From positions 20,166-84,165 of IMG/VR virus record IMGVR_UViG_3300027896_000023: DNA of 64,000 nt; one strand, written 5' to 3'. Under the pieces are notes generated by a model. The model did no database searches, was not told the origin of the DNA, and saw only the letters and a program-made list of their open reading frames with translations. Numbering within the stretch: the first letter of the stretch is position 1; every line of letters starts with the position of its first letter. The position numbers and the translations under genes are program-made. Below are positions 19,092-28,746 of this stretch, one piece after another. The stretch is from a virus.

Positions 19092-19877
19092 ATGTCAACT
19101 CATAAGTATAGCAAAAGGCGAACAGAAAATAAACGAAAGCAAGATACAGAAAAAGCAATTTCGTTATTCGATGATGGCTTTACTCTTAGAGAGATAGCGA
19201 AGAAACTTGGGTTAACATTCAATCAGTTGTATGAAGACTTATCCCAGAATTACCCAGACAAAACAATGTGGCAAATACTTAGACGCAATTCCTACACCTG
19301 CAGAATACACACAGAACTTAGAGTGACAAAAGAAAAAGTGTTGCGTGCAAGAAAGCTTCTGGAAAAATATCCTGTACAAACTGTTGCTAACATTATTGGC
19401 ATTCCGCATGGCAGATTGAAACACCTTCCAGAAGGAAAACGTAGTATGGAACTTGGATACAACTGCAACCTGTTACTGTTTGCATTGGCAGGTGAACATC
19501 TTCTTGGACGATACCTATACGAAATAAAACCGCAACAATGGCACATTAGAGAGAACTTACCTAACTCAAATCTTGCACCCGACTTCTGGACTGAAGAAGA
19601 ATTCTGGGATTCAAAAGCTAGATGTTACGGAACAAGCGCACACAAACGTATAGTCAAAACGGAACTAGCAAAGTATTCGAAGCTATTCAAGAAAGGCTAC
19701 GTTGTCTACTGGTTTGGCGTACCTGATAATGTAAAATCAAGTTTGTCCAACATAGAACTAATAGATGGACGAAAACTGAAACCGACAAGCGTTACGTTAC
19801 AAAAAGACATACAAGATTTTCTAAATGGTAACATAACCAAAATCATAACACAGATGTTCACAGGTGAAATGGTATGA
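19092..19877 (+). CDS. HTH plus TPD/C15orf41(CDIN1)-like PD-(D/E)XK nuclease; putative free-standing homing endonuclease
   Basis: N-terminal HTHs (GFTLREIAKKLGL); GEHLL..YL, APDF, WDSKA, Y...F..GYVVYWFG; AT-richer than flanks; own TATA (TTATTAA ~19049). Confidence 0.65.
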   Translation: MSTHKYSKRRTENKRKQDTEKAISLFDDGFTLREIAKKLGLTFNQLYEDLSQNYPDKTMWQILRRNSYTCRIHTELRVTKEKVLRARKLLEKYPVQTVANIIGIPHGRLKHLPEGKRSMELGYNCNLLLFALAGEHLLGRYLYEIKPQQWHIRENLPNSNLAPDFWTEEEFWDSKARCYGTSAHKRIVKTELAKYSKLFKKGYVVYWFGVPDNVKSSLSNIELIDGRKLKPTSVTLQKDIQDFLNGNITKIITQMFTGEMV

Positions 19878-20104
19878 TAGGCAGAGTAGGCGGAGGATTC
19901 ACGTTGGAGACAGCACAGCAGATCATAGATGTGTTGGAGAATGAACCGCGCACAGGCTTGCCTTATCCAGAAAGCGAAGTAGGTAGACCGTATACAGCTG
20001 TAGATACCAAGATGATTGTTGACGTAGCATTCCAGGCGACAGACAACTATAGCACAACAGGCAAGCTGCGGAGTCCCCAGTTGATAGGATGGCGAATGGC
20101 ATGA
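19860..20104 (+). pseudogene. Displaced duplicate of the ligase 3' end
   Basis: 55/71 aa identical to the ligase C-terminus by manual alignment. Confidence 0.9.
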
Positions 20105-20361
20105 GTGAAGTTAAGCAGCCAGAGAACAGATACACCATATACATTGAACCGCAACGTGGACTCTTCGGTCTCATCAAGGGAGACAACATGGGCGTAGCAT
20201 TACACAACGGGCACGACTCAACACCATACGACAGTGATCCAAAACATCGGACACTTGAGTTTCAACTGTTCGGAGAAACAGGAGAACATTGGAAGGTCAC
20301 CAAGCTGACGCTTACCGAGTTATCTTTGGATGTTGAAGTAGAACTACAGGTGAAGAAGTAA
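20101..20361 (+). CDS. Hypothetical protein
   Basis: ATGA overlap with the ligase remnant stop. Confidence 0.65.
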   Translation: MSEVKQPENRYTIYIEPQRGLFGLIKGDNMGVALHNGHDSTPYDSDPKHRTLEFQLFGETGEHWKVTKLTLTELSLDVEVELQVKK

Positions 20362-20570
20362 TGCCAAAGATAATAGCTGAACTTGAAAAGCATGGGGCAT
20401 TAGATCGCTTACGCAAATGGCTTGAGGATCACCCAGCACAATCATCACTAACGCTTGCAGCACGAGAAACATTCCTATCCGTAACCAACACCAAAGCAGC
20501 CCTGCGATACTTAGGCTACACAATTTCTAAAGACAACAGTTACAGGTGGAGTGACCGCAATGACAGATGA
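20361..20570 (+). CDS. Small putative HTH protein
   Basis: ORF, coupled to neighbours. Confidence 0.55.
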   Translation: MPKIIAELEKHGALDRLRKWLEDHPAQSSLTLAARETFLSVTNTKAALRYLGYTISKDNSYRWSDRNDR

Positions 20571-20814
20571 AGAAACAATCAAGAAAGCAATCCATGATTA
20601 CGCCTCCATGTGGCACAGCGACCGCGCAAAACGAACCACAGTAGAGAAAGCATTAGACCGCAAAGTATCCCGACACGGCTACGGATTAGAGAATGCACAT
20701 GATAAAGTAGAAGCACTCATCAAGGCCGGCATCCTGGTCCACGATCCAACAGGCAAGTTTCTCTTAGATACAGCTGTAGCTTCACCATCAAAGCTGGGGC
20801 CTGGATTCAGATGA
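20560..20814 (+). CDS. Small putative winged-helix protein
   Basis: VEALIKAGIL...G.FLL. Confidence 0.55.
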   Translation: MTDEETIKKAIHDYASMWHSDRAKRTTVEKALDRKVSRHGYGLENAHDKVEALIKAGILVHDPTGKFLLDTAVASPSKLGPGFR

Positions 20815-21053
20815 CTGAACCTACAGGTGAAGTAAAGATTTACATGCGCCTTAAGCTCGAGGGATTCACAAAGGAAGAACTCAAATCAATCTTGGCCAAC
20901 ATCAAATCTACGGAAGGCGGACGCAAAGACCGATTGATTCTAGTGGATATTGGAACTGCACCGGAACTGAAACGTGAAGAAGCAACAGCGCTACTCAAAG
21001 AACTGATGCCTGGACTCAAGGTTCGGGATCAGCGGCCAGTGTACGCAAGCTAA
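20811..21053 (+). CDS. Hypothetical protein
   Basis: ORF, ATGA overlap. Confidence 0.6.
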   Translation: MTEPTGEVKIYMRLKLEGFTKEELKSILANIKSTEGGRKDRLILVDIGTAPELKREEATALLKELMPGLKVRDQRPVYAS

Positions 21054-21060
21054 GATACAG

Positions 21061-21471
21061 GTGAAGAACATGACAAGCGGTAGACAAGGATTCCTTAAAG
21101 GCAATCTACACCAGTATCTTCTGGCGCATAAGCGACCGATGCGACCACGAGATTTAATCCGCGCAGGCTTCGCAGCAAGTAATGTAGCAACATATCTAAA
21201 GCAGCTAGTGCAAGAAGGCAAAGTCACACGTAAAGAGATGCCGAAAGAAACAAACGGATTAGGGCGCAAGCACAAGGGAAATGGCCGTCCACCAGTTTTC
21301 TATCAAGCAGTACCTACAGGTGAAGCTATGATTAGTTTGGGGAACAATATGTTGATTCCTGAAAGCGTTTGGAATAATGCCTGGGCAGAAGCAGCCAAGA
21401 AACAATTACCTGTTACTGATGGTAGAGGCAGAGTTATTGGTAGACTACTTGAGGGAGGAGAACGTGGGTAG
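21061..21471 (+). CDS. Winged-helix transcription regulator
   Basis: SNVATYLKQLVQEGKVTR...GRPPVFY. Confidence 0.75.
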   Translation: MKNMTSGRQGFLKGNLHQYLLAHKRPMRPRDLIRAGFAASNVATYLKQLVQEGKVTRKEMPKETNGLGRKHKGNGRPPVFYQAVPTGEAMISLGNNMLIPESVWNNAWAEAAKKQLPVTDGRGRVIGRLLEGGERG

Positions 21472-21472
21472 C

Positions 21473-21667
21473 ATGGATAAAATGGATGTTAGAATCTTAG
21501 AGGAATATGACCGAATCAAAGGTAGTTATGAAGTGTTGGGAAAGAAGTACCGGGCTGCTGTGAAGCGTGGCGATGAAGTTGCAGCTGCAGAAATAGAGAA
21601 GCAGATGATGGCTATTGATAAAAAGAATGCTGCTATTTCCAGCGGTGAAGGTTTTCGACAAGCGTAA
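21473..21667 (+). CDS. Small coiled-coil protein
   Basis: ORF with GGAGGAG RBS. Confidence 0.5.
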   Translation: MDKMDVRILEEYDRIKGSYEVLGKKYRAAVKRGDEVAAAEIEKQMMAIDKKNAAISSGEGFRQA

Positions 21668-21702
21668 AATATATATGTTCAAAGGTACAGTACAAAGTAC
21701 GG
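21666..21702 (+). promoter_or_regulatory. TATA box with downstream GGTACAGTACAA operator
   Basis: AAAATATATA followed by GGTACAGTACAA; same 12-mer after the TATA at 36894-36932 (minus strand). Confidence 0.55.
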
Positions 21703-21718
21703 AGATTAATTATGGAGA

Positions 21719-22270
21719 GTGAAAGAAACGTCAAGCCAAAACTTGACCTACCTTATAGACCCGCAACCTGACACAGCTAAATGTGTCATGTGTGGGAGCC
21801 AAGTACCCACTGGTAATGCGCTGCATTCTTGCAGTGACGGCCAGCTTAGAGATAGTTTAGGAAGATTGCCATTACCTACACCTGCAGAAGAACCAGAACA
21901 GATAGGTGGATCCATTGACCTTAGCCCGAAACATAGATCAGGTGACCAACCGCTACGTGCAGCAGCACTTATTTTTTCGCTTGTGATCTGCCTACCAGGA
22001 TTTCTAATCTGTGCTGCAATGATCTCATTAACAGACTACTTCAACTGGTGGTGGCCATCGTTGGGCTTCGGCATCTTAGGATGGTTCAGTTTCTGGTATG
22101 CATTAGGCGGACTCAAACAATCAAACACCATCTCAAGAATCCTTGGCGCCAAACATATCTCAACAAGTAAACCATCTCAAAGTTCTCCATGGTATATTCA
22201 AAATCAACAAGTCCAGCAAAACTGGCGAGAGAACTATAGACGTAGTTTAAAATCAAAAGGAGGAAAATAA
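21719..22270 (+). CDS. Membrane protein with N-terminal zinc ribbon
   Basis: CVMC; two hydrophobic segments. Confidence 0.65.
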   Translation: MKETSSQNLTYLIDPQPDTAKCVMCGSQVPTGNALHSCSDGQLRDSLGRLPLPTPAEEPEQIGGSIDLSPKHRSGDQPLRAAALIFSLVICLPGFLICAAMISLTDYFNWWWPSLGFGILGWFSFWYALGGLKQSNTISRILGAKHISTSKPSQSSPWYIQNQQVQQNWRENYRRSLKSKGGK

Positions 22271-22272
22271 AA

Positions 22273-22680
22273 TTGAGTGAGAAAACATTTGTAGACAACA
22301 TAGAAGGCAAACCCGTTTACTATCTCAAAGGCAAATTTATAGTGGAAGTAGATGGTGTTTGGCAAGAAGCCACATCCATAGCAAACTTGAAAGCTAAGAT
22401 GCAGGGCTTAACAGGCAAACCAACAAAAGTCATAGACTATAACCTATGGATTGCAGGCGACTACGGCAACGGCAAACTGAAGATTTTAACTGTTGTTGCC
22501 CCAAACAAAAAAATGGTTTACAAAATAACGGATGCTGGCAAGAAGGAACGTTACAGCAGCGATCACCTATACATCTACACGCCTGAAATAGAACAGAAAC
22601 TTATCGCAATCAGCAAGAAAGCAAACGACCTACGAACAGAATTAACGGAAGCTATGAAAACAGCGAGGGTTTTTCCATGA
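22273..22680 (+). CDS. Hypothetical protein
   Basis: AGGAGG RBS. Confidence 0.7.
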   Translation: MSEKTFVDNIEGKPVYYLKGKFIVEVDGVWQEATSIANLKAKMQGLTGKPTKVIDYNLWIAGDYGNGKLKILTVVAPNKKMVYKITDAGKKERYSSDHLYIYTPEIEQKLIAISKKANDLRTELTEAMKTARVFP

Positions 22681-24257
22681 GTCAAAACCAAATTGTTTTA
22701 GGACATATAGCAGAAGGCCCACACAGAGGCGAACGTTTCTGTATCCCATTGGAACATACAGTTTTCACCGGCATGAGTCACATCTCAGGGAAAACTACAG
22801 CTGAAGAAGCAGCGTTCAGTCGACTACCTGCAGCGGATCCACCGTACCGCATCCTCGTGTTCTTAACGAAACGTGGGGAGAAAACATTCCACAACAGCCA
22901 CAACATCCAACCCTACTTCAAAGTGAACTTCAGCTGGGAATACCTTGCATCTCTGATGGAGTCAGCTATGAAGGAGAAGCTGAAGTTTGAACGCGCATGG
23001 ATCATCAAACTGGCAAAGATGACACAGCAAGACATGGCACTACGCAAAGCACCAGAAGACGCAGCGCTTCCGATCGCACGAGAAATCCTTGGCAAGATGA
23101 TAGCAGACAAGAAGACACGAGACTACGATCGCAACGTCTACATTGTTTTAGCAGCGTACCTGGACAAAGTATTACCAACGTTACGTGCAACCCAGTGGAG
23201 TAAAGAACTACAGCTGCAGCCAGGCATCAACGTCATGGACCTAACCGCATGGTACACCAAAGAAGAAATCCAAATGCTAATCATCCGCAGCTGCATGGAA
23301 CAAATCCTTGAACACGAGAACAACGTCATCGTTGGCTTGCCTGAATGCTGGAAGATGCTACCTCAGAACCGCAACACCCCAGTGAAACTATACTTCGAGA
23401 AGTACGTTCGAGAAGGTGCAACCAACGGCAACTATCTAGATCTGGATGCACAAGACTTAGGCGGCATGGACAAGACAGAACTACGACAAGTAAGCGTCTG
23501 GGTTATGGGCAGAATGCAAGAAGCCAACGAAGTGCAGCGACTCTTGAAGTCAATGCTTGGCGCAGACATCGAAGCAAGCACCATTCAAACGTTACCGCTT
23601 GGACACTTTATGGTAGCAGCGGGAACAGCAGTCACTAAAGTTTACGTGTGGCCGTACCGGGTGCCAGAGGAAATGAGTATCGCTGTAGCTAAAGGAGAAA
23701 TCCCACCTGAAGAAGTCAAGGAGTATCTGAAGAACCTGGACAAGACAACAACAACTATTACTATAATTGATGAAGCAGCAAACTTTCCTCCTACACCTAC
23801 AGAACTAACCAAAGAGGATGCCGATTTACTGTGTATAGAATATGCGAGGAAAGCTCATGCGCGTATGCTGGACTTTGAGTTACGCCTCAAGGCAATCGAA
23901 GACAAGATGAATACACCTGTAGCTTTTCCAGAACTGCCACAAGAAGAAGTTGAGAAGATCCGCCTGGCACGTCTTGACCAAACAATAACGCAAGTACGGA
24001 TTAATCCTATGGTCAAAACATACGTGATGAACACTAATAACGCAGACGGCAAGCTGATGTGGCTGGCGAAGGAAGACTTCTTCAACACATGGCACACCCA
24101 AACCGAGATCGAGAAGGCACTGCAAGCTTATCACTGGACGATGCCCCGCATCACATTATACAAAGCACTGGAAAGACTAGAGAAGATGGGATACCTGGGC
24201 AAGCAAGAAGGCAAACCAGTACGGTATGCACTGGCAAAGTTTGTGGAGGTGCGATAA
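22677..24257 (+). CDS. HerA/VirB4-like P-loop ATPase with C-terminal winged helix
   Basis: HTVFTGMSHISGKT Walker A variant, PECW Walker B variant, REG, DAQDL, LPLGHF; C-terminal YKALERLEKMGYL. Confidence 0.75.
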   Translation: MSQNQIVLGHIAEGPHRGERFCIPLEHTVFTGMSHISGKTTAEEAAFSRLPAADPPYRILVFLTKRGEKTFHNSHNIQPYFKVNFSWEYLASLMESAMKEKLKFERAWIIKLAKMTQQDMALRKAPEDAALPIAREILGKMIADKKTRDYDRNVYIVLAAYLDKVLPTLRATQWSKELQLQPGINVMDLTAWYTKEEIQMLIIRSCMEQILEHENNVIVGLPECWKMLPQNRNTPVKLYFEKYVREGATNGNYLDLDAQDLGGMDKTELRQVSVWVMGRMQEANEVQRLLKSMLGADIEASTIQTLPLGHFMVAAGTAVTKVYVWPYRVPEEMSIAVAKGEIPPEEVKEYLKNLDKTTTTITIIDEAANFPPTPTELTKEDADLLCIEYARKAHARMLDFELRLKAIEDKMNTPVAFPELPQEEVEKIRLARLDQTITQVRINPMVKTYVMNTNNADGKLMWLAKEDFFNTWHTQTEIEKALQAYHWTMPRITLYKALERLEKMGYLGKQEGKPVRYALAKFVEVR

Positions 24258-24260
24258 ACT

Positions 24261-24497
24261 TTGAGTCACAACATAACTTTAACTCCAGAAGATCACGGCT
24301 ACACTATACGACTTGAAAAACGCACATTCACAGACGGAGGCAAAAAGGAAGTCTCAGAAACAGTTGCCACATTAGCTATCATTTGGGACTACAAAGAAGC
24401 ACACGCTGCATTCGACGCATTAAATACATTAGTAAGTGTTTGCGTTGAAAACAAAATTTTAGCTAAAGACCAATTCAGATACAGGAAGTCAAAGTAA
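24261..24497 (+). CDS. Hypothetical protein
   Basis: GGAGGTG RBS. Confidence 0.6.
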   Translation: MSHNITLTPEDHGYTIRLEKRTFTDGGKKEVSETVATLAIIWDYKEAHAAFDALNTLVSVCVENKILAKDQFRYRKSK

Positions 24498-24752
24498 ATG
24501 TACGTAATTACTATACTTGACAACAAACTCGTGCTGTTAGATTTCTCGTTACCCTGGCCAAAAGAAGAGTTCTCTTTCACAGATACTCAAGCAGTAAAGT
24601 TCGGCGATGAATGTAGACAAAAAATGTTGGATCACCTGAAGGAGTTACACCTGCAGTTTATTGTGTTACCCTGGATAGGCGATGCTGGTATGATGGAACC
24701 AGTGAAGATCCGCATGGACGATTGGGTGAAACAGATGGGGCGTGAGTGGTAA
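24498..24752 (+). CDS. Hypothetical protein
   Basis: ORF abutting its neighbours. Confidence 0.55.
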   Translation: MYVITILDNKLVLLDFSLPWPKEEFSFTDTQAVKFGDECRQKMLDHLKELHLQFIVLPWIGDAGMMEPVKIRMDDWVKQMGREW

Positions 24753-25114
24753 TGGAGATTTCTTTAGATGAGTTTCTTAAACGGGCAAAGGCACTCTATG
24801 GCGAAGATCTTACACAAATCAAATTCAAATGTCCGCACTGTAAGCAAATCCAAACAGGACAAAGCGTCTACGCTAAAGTCAAAACAAAAGAGAAGACAGC
24901 ACGCTACGGAATCTTACATGACCACGTACATTACTTCATAGAATCGGAATGTTACTCAGCAACATGCGACTGGGTTGCCTATGGATTATTCACCAGCAAC
25001 ATCCTACTCATACGTGATCCAACGAAGCCACATAACAAAGACACCAAAGAAAACTGCATGTACATTTTCCCATTAGCTGATGACAAAGAAATGCTTGCTG
25101 CAGCAGGAGTCTAA
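24752..25114 (+). CDS. VVA0879-like zinc-binding phage protein
   Basis: AKALYGED..KFKCPHC..Q...CDWVAYGLF. Confidence 0.6.
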   Translation: MEISLDEFLKRAKALYGEDLTQIKFKCPHCKQIQTGQSVYAKVKTKEKTARYGILHDHVHYFIESECYSATCDWVAYGLFTSNILLIRDPTKPHNKDTKENCMYIFPLADDKEMLAAAGV

Positions 25115-25116
25115 AC

Positions 25117-25305
25117 ATGAAGAAGCCGTTTCGTTGGACAGGTAAAAGAAAGAACCCACAGACCTACGTCGACGTACGTGTGGACTCCGATCGCTTCGAC
25201 GGCAAGCCCGATCGCTACCACATAACAGTCTGGGCAGGGTTCATCTTCAAAGTTTTAACCTATGAACTGGAGGGCTTCAATGGTAAAGATCATAGTTCAA
25301 GTTGA
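25117..25305 (+). CDS. Hypothetical protein
   Basis: ORF; AGGAG RBS. Confidence 0.5.
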   Translation: MKKPFRWTGKRKNPQTYVDVRVDSDRFDGKPDRYHITVWAGFIFKVLTYELEGFNGKDHSSS

Positions 25306-25489
25306 ACCCAAAGACGTCTACGAACAGTTCCCACCTAAACTCAAAGAAGCATGTGACTCCCTCGTCAAATCACTCATGGAGTTCGAATGCTTCGACACTG
25401 AACAGCAAGCACGAGACTGGGCAACAATTCAATTCTGGAATACAATGAAGAAGTTAGCTGAGGATGAAAAGAAAAATGGGCGAACCTAA
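25280..25489 (+). CDS. Hypothetical protein
   Basis: GGAGGG RBS before ATG 25280. Confidence 0.55.
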   Translation: MVKIIVQVEPKDVYEQFPPKLKEACDSLVKSLMEFECFDTEQQARDWATIQFWNTMKKLAEDEKKNGRT

Positions 25490-25775
25490 GTGCACATCGT
25501 ACACTGAAGATGATGACTATTCAGATAGACCATGCAGTTGCCCTGTCTGCGGCGGCTGGATCAAATGGGATGAGAACGGAGAACCGACCTGCAACAAATG
25601 TGGTGCTGAGTTAGCTAAACTCCCAGACGTCGACGAGGAAACCAAAGAACCGCTTGAGTACGAAAAGATCTGCGCTTTGTCCGGACGCAAGAAAACAAAG
25701 GAAACTACAGCTGAAGAAAGAAAAACAAATCGCTTAGTGAAAGCAGGCCGCAAAGCCTGGAAGGGATGGTTATGA
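25476..25775 (+). CDS. Zinc-ribbon protein
   Basis: CPVC...CNKC. Confidence 0.6.
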   Translation: MGEPKCTSYTEDDDYSDRPCSCPVCGGWIKWDENGEPTCNKCGAELAKLPDVDEETKEPLEYEKICALSGRKKTKETTAEERKTNRLVKAGRKAWKGWL

Positions 25776-26057
25776 ATATGGATATAGCAGACCCGCATAG
25801 AGGAAGAAAAATGCAAACAGATGAAGTCTTCGATATTCTCTGGATGACTAATAATGAGTGTGCTTTGAACTTAACTTTGCTGCATCATTTTGAATCATTA
25901 GGTTGGAGGTTTAGTGATTGAAAACACCTGAACAATTAGCTAAAGAACATGCCGATTGGGAAACGGAATTAATACAAACTATTATAATTCCCATAATCCG
26001 CAAGGTAGCCTACGACAATTTCCTTCACGGATACAAACATGGAAAGGAGGCAAAGCA

Positions 26058-26741
26058 ATGAACGCTACAAAGATCGAGTATCTACATTTTACCTGGAGTC
26101 CATGTGTTGGATGTACAGGTGCAGGTTGCGCTGTTTGGGCGAAGTGCTGGGCAAAGTACCAAGCAAAACGACGTCTTCATAAATGCGAGAAATGCTACGC
26201 CTTCAAACCTCACACACACTTTGAACGATTAACTCAACCACTTGCTGTGAAGTCTACGAAACGGATCGGTGCTTGTTTCTCAGCTGACTTCTGGGATAAG
26301 GGCTTCAACGACTTCGATCATCAATCAGTAATGCATTATGCATCCTTAGCAAATTGGCATTGGTTCATCAACTTAACAAAGCAGCCACATAATATCCCTA
26401 AAGACTTTACGTTCCCAAAGAACTGGGTGCAAGGGGTAAGCGTCAACAAACAAATAGACTTATGGAGAATAGACAAACTTAGAGAACACCCATTGGTTCT
26501 GAAGATGATCTCGTTCGAACCACTCTACGAACACTTAGGTAACGTGAACCTGGAAGGCATCAACTGGATAATCATTGGTGCACAAACACATCCACTTCTA
26601 CATGTTAACCCTGATGCTGTTCTGTCGCTTATTATGCAGGCACGGCTACTGAAAATTCCAATCTTTGTCAAGAACAACATACCGAACCCAGCCTTCCAAA
26701 TCAAAGAGTTCCCAGCGTTTCTACAGGTGAAACCAACATGA
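26058..26741 (+). CDS. DUF5131 / phage Gp37-Gp68 family protein
   Basis: TKIEY...TWSP.VGC..GC...CWA, LTKQP, GVSV, SFEPL, WIIIGAQT, PIFVK; AGGAGG RBS before ATG 26058. Confidence 0.85.
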   Translation: MNATKIEYLHFTWSPCVGCTGAGCAVWAKCWAKYQAKRRLHKCEKCYAFKPHTHFERLTQPLAVKSTKRIGACFSADFWDKGFNDFDHQSVMHYASLANWHWFINLTKQPHNIPKDFTFPKNWVQGVSVNKQIDLWRIDKLREHPLVLKMISFEPLYEHLGNVNLEGINWIIIGAQTHPLLHVNPDAVLSLIMQARLLKIPIFVKNNIPNPAFQIKEFPAFLQVKPT

Positions 26742-27121
26742 GTGAACTCCCACGCAGAGACTTAATTGTAGATGCCACAAGACCACGTGTTTCACAAGAA
26801 GACCTTGACCAATGGCATAAGGATATGCAAGAACGCGCTGACGCTATTGAAGGACCAGCTGGATGGCAAGATGAACATGGAGAATGGCATTGGAAACAAA
26901 CCATGAAAGAACCGCAAATTGGAGACATCCGAAACCACAATGGAAAAACTCAGCGCCTAAAAACAATCGATCGCATCATCAACAAAGATGGCACAACTAT
27001 AACGTATGGATGGGAAGATTGGCCTGACCTACTTGCGCTTGCTTGGCAATCAAGACAGGTTGATGTAGACCCCATAGATGTTTTCGTTAGAACGTTGAAA
27101 GAGGAAAAGAAAGATGAGTGA
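26738..27121 (+). CDS. Hypothetical protein
   Basis: ORF, ATGA overlap. Confidence 0.6.
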   Translation: MSELPRRDLIVDATRPRVSQEDLDQWHKDMQERADAIEGPAGWQDEHGEWHWKQTMKEPQIGDIRNHNGKTQRLKTIDRIINKDGTTITYGWEDWPDLLALAWQSRQVDVDPIDVFVRTLKEEKKDE

Positions 27122-27341
27122 AGGCGAATTTAAAAAGCGGTTAGTTTTCTTAAAACCACAATCTGATATTGAAGCAATGATAGGCCATGCTTTAAGAGTA
27201 AACGTAAGCACCGTTGAACAGGTTTTGGATGAAGCCGAAGCAAAGATTCCATCAGCGTTTACAGGGGCTATGTGGTATTCTGATAGTGACGTTCAAGAGA
27301 TGCGCGAATGGGTTAGAAAATATTTTGGTGAAAAGAAATGA
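27114..27341 (+). CDS. Hypothetical protein
   Basis: ORF, coupled to neighbours. Confidence 0.55.
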   Translation: MSEGEFKKRLVFLKPQSDIEAMIGHALRVNVSTVEQVLDEAEAKIPSAFTGAMWYSDSDVQEMREWVRKYFGEKK

Positions 27342-27507
27342 ATGAACAACTTCACCCCAGGTTTTTCTGCAGAAAAGTCCAGCATGACATCACAGCTGAC
27401 GATGTACGAAACCATCATTGCCGCAGCCTAAGACGAAGAAACAGTAAGAGAACCTACAGGTGTAACATGCTAATCATTCTTCCGCCAGCAGCACAGGAGA
27501 TAAAGAA

Positions 27508-27924
27508 ATGACAGAACCATTGCCTACAGAAGAAGAGTTGGTTGAAGCTTTGAACTTTCTACGTGTACATGGTGTCCTGCTTCGTGACGGAGAAATCGAT
27601 GGAAAACCTGCTTACATCTTTGGCAAAGGCGTTAGGCAAAGCTTCCTGAAAATATACGACTTACTATCCAAAGTTGAGGAACGCCCCAAGCAACCATTGA
27701 TTGGTGCATTGATGTTGATTGTTATGGGCTACACAAAGTCACAGTTGACAGTTGAACAGCTGCGTGCAGCATGTGTTGTGCTGAAAGGTTTCGCTGAACG
27801 AACCGTGTTAGATAGAGATGGCTTGGAGAGAAAAGCATCTTTCAAAAGAAGTATGGTTGCCTCAACGCTGAGACCTGGCCTCATGATATTCAAAGCGGCG
27901 CCAAGGAACTTTGGCGTACATTGA
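27508..27924 (+). CDS. Hypothetical protein whose 3' end overprints a methyltransferase remnant
   Basis: ORF with AGGAG RBS. Confidence 0.6.
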   Translation: MTEPLPTEEELVEALNFLRVHGVLLRDGEIDGKPAYIFGKGVRQSFLKIYDLLSKVEERPKQPLIGALMLIVMGYTKSQLTVEQLRAACVVLKGFAERTVLDRDGLERKASFKRSMVASTLRPGLMIFKAAPRNFGVH

Positions 27925-28133
27925 AACCTGGAGGGATATTGTTGTTTAAATGGAATGAACATGACATCGGTTGGAGAAAAGTAATCAAACTGTTTCCTCA
28001 TCCGCCGATTATCTGTAACGTAAGCAGTGGTGCTAAGCGAGATAAACATGGCAAAGCCAGTACCACACGTTGGTTCTGCTTCTACAAACCAGAAAAAAGA
28101 TCTGAGAACTACGCGGAGATGCAGGATAAGTGA
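27816..28133 (+). pseudogene. C-terminal remnant of a DPPH-type DNA methyltransferase
   Basis: WLGEKSIFQKKYGCLNAETWPHD...ELWRTLKPGGILLFKWNE...TRWFCF aligns to the 31279-31791 product; SAM-binding and DPPH motifs are missing. Confidence 0.8.
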
Positions 28134-28555
28134 GCCACGTTAGCCCGAAAAAACAAGGTTGGATTCCGTGTGAGTTTGCAGCTATGCACGACTGTAATAA
28201 CTCAGACGATGAAGAGTTCTGTCGAACTTACAAAGACCCTGGAGATTGTGAGAAGTATCACCGCAAGATGGTTCTTGAAGGTGAAGAAACAGCTGAAGAA
28301 TTTAAGACCTGGCAACGTAACAGAGTGCTACATTATTACAGCGGACGCCGCTATAGCCACGCTTCAAAAGAAGATCCTGAACAAGCAGGGCAGAAAACAT
28401 TATGCGGAATGTCTGTAGGCTTCGCAAATCATAACGATGGTAGAATTTGGAATGAGATCACAAAAGAAGGTTTCGAGTACAACCCATGCCCAAAATGTAA
28501 ACAATTAGCCGTTAGTGTAAACACAAACATTACTGGTAAACAGGTGACGCTATGA
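28130..28555 (+). CDS. Cys-rich hypothetical protein
   Basis: H..TLCG...CPKC. Confidence 0.6.
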   Translation: MSHVSPKKQGWIPCEFAAMHDCNNSDDEEFCRTYKDPGDCEKYHRKMVLEGEETAEEFKTWQRNRVLHYYSGRRYSHASKEDPEQAGQKTLCGMSVGFANHNDGRIWNEITKEGFEYNPCPKCKQLAVSVNTNITGKQVTL

Positions 28556-28746
28556 CAGGATGTGTTGAAGCAGATCTAGAACGCACCAAAGAAATGTTAC
28601 TATCCATCGCTAAGCGCCCCGACTGTGTAGCCCTTCTAGGTTATGATAGTTGGCAAGTGAAGCATTTCATTGAAGGCGGCATCGACCGGGCACTTATTCA
28701 CTACCGCAAAGAAGCAAACAGAAAAAAGAAGAAGGCGAACCGATAA
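28552..28746 (+). CDS. Hypothetical protein
   Basis: AGGTGA RBS, coupled. Confidence 0.55.
   Translation: MTGCVEADLERTKEMLLSIAKRPDCVALLGYDSWQVKHFIEGGIDRALIHYRKEANRKKKKANR

Noticed and set aside
19029-19873. Possible intron or intein in the ligase
   Set aside because: The ligase ORF is complete with its own stop codon; no intein ends or group I core were seen
18790-20104. Possible DGR template/variable repeat pair
   Set aside because: Differences are not adenine-specific, are largely synonymous, and no reverse transcriptase is in the window
25956-26057. N-terminal extension of the DUF5131 ORF
   Set aside because: Region is better explained by a separate small ORF (25918-26061), and a strong RBS precedes ATG 26058
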